Under the pieces are notes generated by a model, which saw only the letters and a list, made by a program, of their open reading frames with translations, was not told the DNA's origin and did not search any database. From the human T2T-CHM13v2.0 reference genome, Homo sapiens: 64,000 nt of DNA. Below, in pieces: positions 58,236 to 64,000 of this stretch. The stretch lies in assembly GCF_009914755.1 (NCBI RefSeq), contig NC_060926.1, one strand, 5' to 3'. Every line of letters begins with the position of its first letter. Within the stretch, counting starts at the first letter, position 1. A program made the position numbers and the translations under genes.

Positions 58236-61200
58236 CTCTGACGGATCAGACCACTTCAGATATCATAATAAAGTTCTGGCACCAGTGCACTTTTTATGAC
58301 TCTAATAGATTTGCATCTGCAAATTGTGGTTTATAGGCAACAATATGACATTTCCTATGATTTCCGAATTGTCATCATGATAGAATCTGCAGAGGACTGC
58401 AGGAATTTTTGGTTTGAAGTTAATATAATAACAGCCTGGAGGGCTTATAAAATGCATGCTGAGAAATTGGTCTGAAACCCAGATTGAGGATATTTTTCAT
58501 ACCCAGCTGATTATTTAAATTTCCCAATGGGAAGTTATTACTTCTCTGACAAGTCTCATCAGCAGTCTATTTTCAGTGGTCTTGATGGACATGGAGTCTA
58601 ATTTTGTTTTTCTCCTAGCCTCTTTTTGGAGAGGATGAAATTTGGTGTCTGGAATTACATTTCTTCCTAGGAAAAGTGCTCAGCGTCTTAGAAATAAATT
58701 ATCACAAAACTGTCACCTGTCAGGTGGTTCATTTTCCGAGGTGACAGGCAGTACCTATAATCACGGGAGGTGGGCATGTTCCCCTTGTTGTTGTGGTGTG
58801 TCTTTATAGTTGTGGGGAATGTGGGTGGGTGGCCTGCCCTTTCCCTGGTGCATTTGGCAAATCCCTCTTATATTGCTTTTGTTAGCTGACATGTACAGCA
58901 AATCAAATAAATAATTCTGGGCTCCGATCTCAAGTTGAGAACGAGAGCATAATAGCCTTGTTCCGGGTGCCTGATGGGCCTACAGTGGCATTACAGCATT
59001 CAGAGCGAAAGCTCATTTACTGGAAACAACGAAGTGTTTGAAAGTTCACTGCATGGAAATTGGATTTTTGCCTTTTTATTATTTACATTGTGTATTATCA
59101 GATTTATATTTAAAGCTGTGGGGATTATCATTCTCTTTAAACGGCATTATTTAATAAAGAGTAAGCATTTCATGGTTTCAAGACTGCTGAACCCAGCTCA
59201 TCATTGGAAATTCAATTAATGGGTTCCAACTTGAGTAGGCATGGGCAGAGGGGCGGGGGGGACCCAGTGTCCCCTCCCAGGCCCGATGGCCTGATGGTGG
59301 GGTGCCTATCACCGTCTCTCACATGGGCCCTCTCACAGTGAATATCACCTGTCTTTCAAACTTTAAGAGTAAATCTTAGTACTTGCTCCTTGTTCTCGAT
59401 GGAGGCACGCAATTGAAAGCTTTAATCTCTGGGATGAAAACTTCTGGGAAAGGCAGTACTTTAGTGTGAAGTCATTGTTGTTATGATGCAGCTGAGTTTG
59501 AGCCTGTCTTAGAAGCACGTTTTGATGGGCAGAAATGGACCCAGTCTACAGACAAGGGACCATCTGCAAAGACAAGACAGTCACTGTGAAGCTTTTGTCA
59601 GAAAACCCATTCCCAATGGAGGGGGAAGGAATCAGTGGGGCAAATATTTCAATGGAACAGAACCAGCATCTAAACTTATGCACTGCAGCGTTCTGCTAAA
59701 CCCTGCTATGGGTGAGGCTGAATGAGTACATTCATTTCTAATAAAAGAAATTACATTAATTCTTGAAGGGAATGTAGGTGTTTAAGCTGTCACTGGAAAC
59801 CCATTTCTGAGAAGAAGCTAAAATTGCATGCCTTTTTTTCTCTCTTCTTCTTAGTGATTTAAAAAAATTTGTATTTTTGCTGAGGTTTGGAAAGGCAATT
59901 ACGCTGATTTTGCCCAAAATTTGGACAGATTAGTTCTGCTGAGAAAGAAGTAACGAAGGTATGAAAGGACATGAAATAACTGAAACTTGCCAGGAGAAAT
60001 ATTAAGGTCAAAAGCAGAGGAAGCATGGGCTCGGCTCAGTGTGCAATGCCTTATCACCGGGTCACCTGCCCCAGGAGGTGGGCCCGACAGATGCCCTGTG
60101 TGTGTGGAAGCTGCCGCTGTGAAAGAGTGTGGCATAGTAAAACATGAGATCACCCCAGTTATTTTATTTCTGACACACTGGGAATGAATCTTGATCTAGT
60201 CTCCAGGGTGTGTACTTGTCTGCTGTGCGTTTTGTGCTGAGCTGGGTTCTGGTGCATTTTGGCTAAAGCCACATTAACCACCCCCCGACCCCCGATGCCA
60301 CCATCTTGCTGGAGCTGAGATTTCCTGCAGACCTGCTTCCTGAGGGCTGACTCCTGGTCTCCCACTGCTCTGGGACATTAGCAGTCGGGACTTGCTACAC
60401 CAGTTGCAGGGCCGAGGACAAAATGAAGTGCAATTATAAAATTATTAAGAATTTCATTACGTGACCACAGAGCATTAAGCCAAATTTGGGCGGCAGCCAA
60501 GTGACCTGGTCAGTGATTCTGGTTGGTGGACATGGAACTGCAGACAAGAACCTTCTGTGTTGATGCATCAAAGTATGAACACTGTCAATATGCTGTGGTT
60601 GCCAGACTTTTATCTCGTGTGTTTAAAACTGGTTTCTAGAGCTTTGTCTTGGTTAGGGTTCAAAATGTCATCCCTACATGGGGCTCAGCAGATGGGTCTA
60701 ATCAGGCCTAGCATCCATGTGGTGCTTTCTGTCATTTCTGGCCTCACTTGGGTGACCACATTGGATGGAAGCTGGGAAATGGAGGGACCAAGGAAGGGAG
60801 CCCCTGTTTCCCAGCTTGGGTAGGTGATTGGGGTTATCATGGAGGGGGTGGTTTTGGGGAAGCTTCTGGGTAGGGAGTACAGATACACAGAAGGCCCCCC
60901 AGCGCTGCTGCCATTGTCTGCCAGTGTTGAAGCTGCAGCATCATGGGCACGGCTCCTGGGAAGGGACCACCAGCCTTTTTGAGGGGCCAGGCCTCGAGGC
61001 TTCCTCAGCTGGCTTGAATTCTTCACTGGTGAAGAAACCAAGGCTCCCTAAGTTTGAATTGGCCCTAGTTCATGGCCAGAAGCCCACTGAAGGTCACAGT
61101 GCCCTGGGGTCTGTCTTTCTCTTTGTCCTGGCTTCTGGCCTCCAAATGAATACTTTTGGCCTTGCTGTAGTGCTGGCCAGGGTTTGGACAAGGTCAGGTG

Positions 61201-61616
61201 GGACCAGGGTTTGGACAAGGTCTGTGGGGGGTGATGGTAGGGACTTTGGGCCATCCCTTAGAAGTCTCAGAGTGTATGTGTTTTTGGAGACCTGTGGTGA
61301 CACCAACCTGCTGCATAGAGCCTTCTGAAGCCCCACTTTCTGCTATGGCCTTGGATTGCCCTAAGGAAATTCTTCGGGAGCAGAGCGAGCTCCAGCTTCC
61401 TCAGGTGGCCTTTGGAGAGTGTTGGCTTTCCAAATCACGACTTGTCAAAAGAGGCTTTCCAGATTTCAGGACATGTTGGATTGATAGCCAGCCTTCATAG
61501 GAGTCATTTTTCTGTTGGGTTCATAAAATAGAGTGGAGTGTGTTCTGGTGTGCTCATGGAAGCTGGGGCTCTGGCCTCCCTCCGGGCCAGGGCAAGGGTT
61601 CCATGAGCCACATAAA

Positions 61617-61710
61617 GGCATTTTGCAAACTACAACTTGCTATGCTGATGTTCGGTGGTGTTCGGCATTTTGCAAACTACAACTTGCTATGCTGATGTTC
61701 AGTGGTGTTC
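61617..61710. repeat. 47-bp tandem duplication
   Basis: Two copies of GGCATTTTGCAAACTACAACTTGCTATGCTGATGTTC(G/A)GTGGTGTTC. Confidence 0.95.
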
Positions 61711-61802
61711 TCATCCATGGGCACCTTGCATCTATGCCTATTTTATAGTATTTGTGGAATAATTTTCCCATTTTAAGTGATTATAGAGTTGGAAGTTGGA
61801 TC

Positions 61803-62103
61803 TTTGTTTTGTTTTGTTTTAGAGATGGAGTCTCGCTCTGTTGCCCAGGCTGGAATGCAGTGGTGGGATCTTGGCTCACTGCAAGCTCCGCCTCCTGAGT
61901 TCACCTGCCATTCTCCTGCCTCGGCCTCCCGAGTAGCTGGGACTACAGGCGCCCACCACCACGCCTGGCTAATTTTTGTATTTTTAGTAGAGATGGGGTT
62001 TCACGGTGTTAGCCAGGGTGGTCTCGATCTCCTGACCTCGTGATCCGCCTGCCTCAGCCTCCCAAAGTGCTGGGATTACAGGCCTGAGCCACCGTGCCTG
62101 GCC
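61803..62103 (-). mobile_element. Alu (AluY-like)
   Basis: Reverse Alu; TSD GGATCTTTGTTTT. Confidence 0.95.
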
Positions 62104-62952
62104 GGATCTTTGTTTTGATGACACAATTTTGGCTATTTGTGATTTATTTCAAGCAGTGCCTGGCCTGTAACTCCATCTTGAATTGTAACACTGTTCCCAT
62201 GGGAACTTTGATAGGGTTTCTAGCAGTACTTGAGAACAAAAAGGGAGTTCCCACATCCTGCCAATGTTGATCATAGCACACGTGCTGGTGTGTGTGAATA
62301 ACGTAGAATGGAAGATGTTCCAGAACTAGGTGGTCAGCCTTCAAACTGCTAAAGCTTTGTTATAACTATTTTGGTAGCTGTCTTTCCAAGATGGTCATAT
62401 GTATTGTAACAAGTGCTGTATTGGATCGGGCTAAGGTTTCCTTGGCAACTCAGGATCATTCTGCATGCTGTCACTGAGCTCTGCAGGGATTCTCTGGGGC
62501 CCCAGAGCCCCATGCTTCCCACTGGGGTCATTTTGCCCCTGCCTGAAATCACCCGTACTTTGGGAAGCTGGGTCCTCTCCTCTTTGGCTGCCACTTTGCA
62601 GGATGCTGCCTGCTTGCTAGCCATCCTCCCAATTTCTGCATTGTCTGATTTGCAGTCCATCTCAGCAGTTTGGAGCTCAGCTTCTTAACTCAGTGAATTA
62701 GCACTCGGTGTTGAGTTGTGGGTTGAGGGGGCTGGCAGTGCTGCCTTGGCTCACACACAGTCCAACCACCAGAGATCGAGTTGCTATCTCATCTTCAGTG
62801 TTTTCTCCGCCCCTCGCATCTTCCCCTGCTGGGACTGTGCTTTCTCTCCTAGATGGTGATCTTGCTGGAGAAGGAAGTATCCACTCGGGTGTTTGTTTCT
62901 GAACTTTTGAGTGATTCAGGGGAGAGGATACACTAAGGGATGAATTTTAAGG

Positions 62953-63245
62953 TTTTTTTTTTTTTGAGATGAAGTTTTGCTCTTGTTGTCCAGGCTGGAG
63001 TGCAGTGGTGCAATCTTGGCTCACTGCAGCCTTTACCTCCTGAGTTCAAGCGATTCTTCTGCCTCAGCCTTCTGAGTAGCTGAGATTACAGGTGTCCACC
63101 ACTACACCTGGCTAATTTTTGTATTTTTAGTAGAGATGGGGTTTCACCATGTTGGCCAGGCTGGTCACGAACTCCTGACCTCAGGTGATCTCGCCTCGGC
63201 CTCCCAAAGTGCTGGGATTACAGGCATGAGCCACCGTGCCCGGCC
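62953..63245 (-). mobile_element. Alu (AluSx-like)
   Basis: Reverse Alu; TSD TGAATTTTAAG. Confidence 0.95.
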
Positions 63246-64000
63246 TGAATTTTAAGTTTTTTAAAAAGGGATGTGAAGGGTTGTTGTAGGAGATAGAAAC
63301 GTAGGCTCTCTGCTGACCTGATTGCCAGTTTAAAACTAGACCTACTCACAGAACTGAGGAATAGAGGAGGCAGCTTGTGATTTATTGCTAATGGCTAATG
63401 GAGGCAGTTAATGCTTTCTTTCCAGTTCAAATACTATTTCTTATTTAAAGACTACCAATAAGGTTAATAAAGGTTTTTATTTCCCTCTGAAATCACACAT
63501 AAATGACATATTACTCCAGGTCATTTTTCCATCATAGGATTTGCATCATCTGACTGTGGGAAGGGCTCTCCTTGGTAAACACAGGTGGCTCCAGGCTCAT
63601 AGCACCCCACAGGACCTTCTTAGGTTTTAGGATGAGAGCACTTGAATTTGATGTCCCAGAGTGTTAGAATGTTATCAGAGGGGATCATAGTATTGACTGG
63701 GGATATTCACCGTCTCTTCTACTCCTCAGCTCTGCTGGTAGGTCTAGTTTTAAACTTGCAGTCAGGCCAGCAGAGAGCCCGCATTCCTGTCTCCTACAGT
63801 GATCCTTCACAGCACCTTTTTAAAAACTTAAAATTCAATATTGCATTACAAATATTGCATTCGCTTTATAGACTCCCACGTGCCATCCATAAAAATCATT
63901 TAAAAAGGTGAATATGTGTAATGTTGCCTTGAATATAAATGACATTTTCAATCTGTAAAAATAAAATATCTGCATTTCCATACTCTCTGGACACCCTCTG

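Noticed and set aside
61617-61710. Direct repeats as a CRISPR-like array (also 38349/38624 and the PBS-like units)
   Set aside because: Only two copies each, no array of regularly sized unique spacers, eukaryotic context, no cas genes

Overview
Human (primate) genomic DNA containing the promoter, CpG island and first coding exon of SH3RF3/POSH2 (RING + SH3 E3 ligase scaffold; CDS 36040-36612, + strand). The rest of the window to 64000 is the start of its large intron 1, which carries MIR4265 on the - strand. The 34 kb upstream is mostly transposon-derived: an ERV1 (MER4-group/LTR8-like) fragment, solo LTRs (MER4-type, MER50 and others), a full-length but inactivated L1PA3/4 (18116-24323, - strand), many Alus (some nested, tandem or inverted), MER1B and old MIR/L2/MaLR pieces. 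There are no prokaryotic features or CRISPR arrays, and nearly all short ORFs in the track are repeat-derived noise. I found no convincing new biological system. The most unusual structures are: a 117-bp-arm fold-back of an HML-5/LTR22-like U5 segment next to a tRNA-Met primer-binding site (24924-25224); a template-switch hairpin inside a MER4 LTR; an ERV fragment that ends like an L1-retroposed processed transcript; an extended intact L1 ORF0 pointing at SH3RF3; a uORF and two-start arrangement at SH3RF3; and a dense intronic E-box array. Repeat family names come from remembered consensus sequences and need RepeatMasker/Dfam confirmation.
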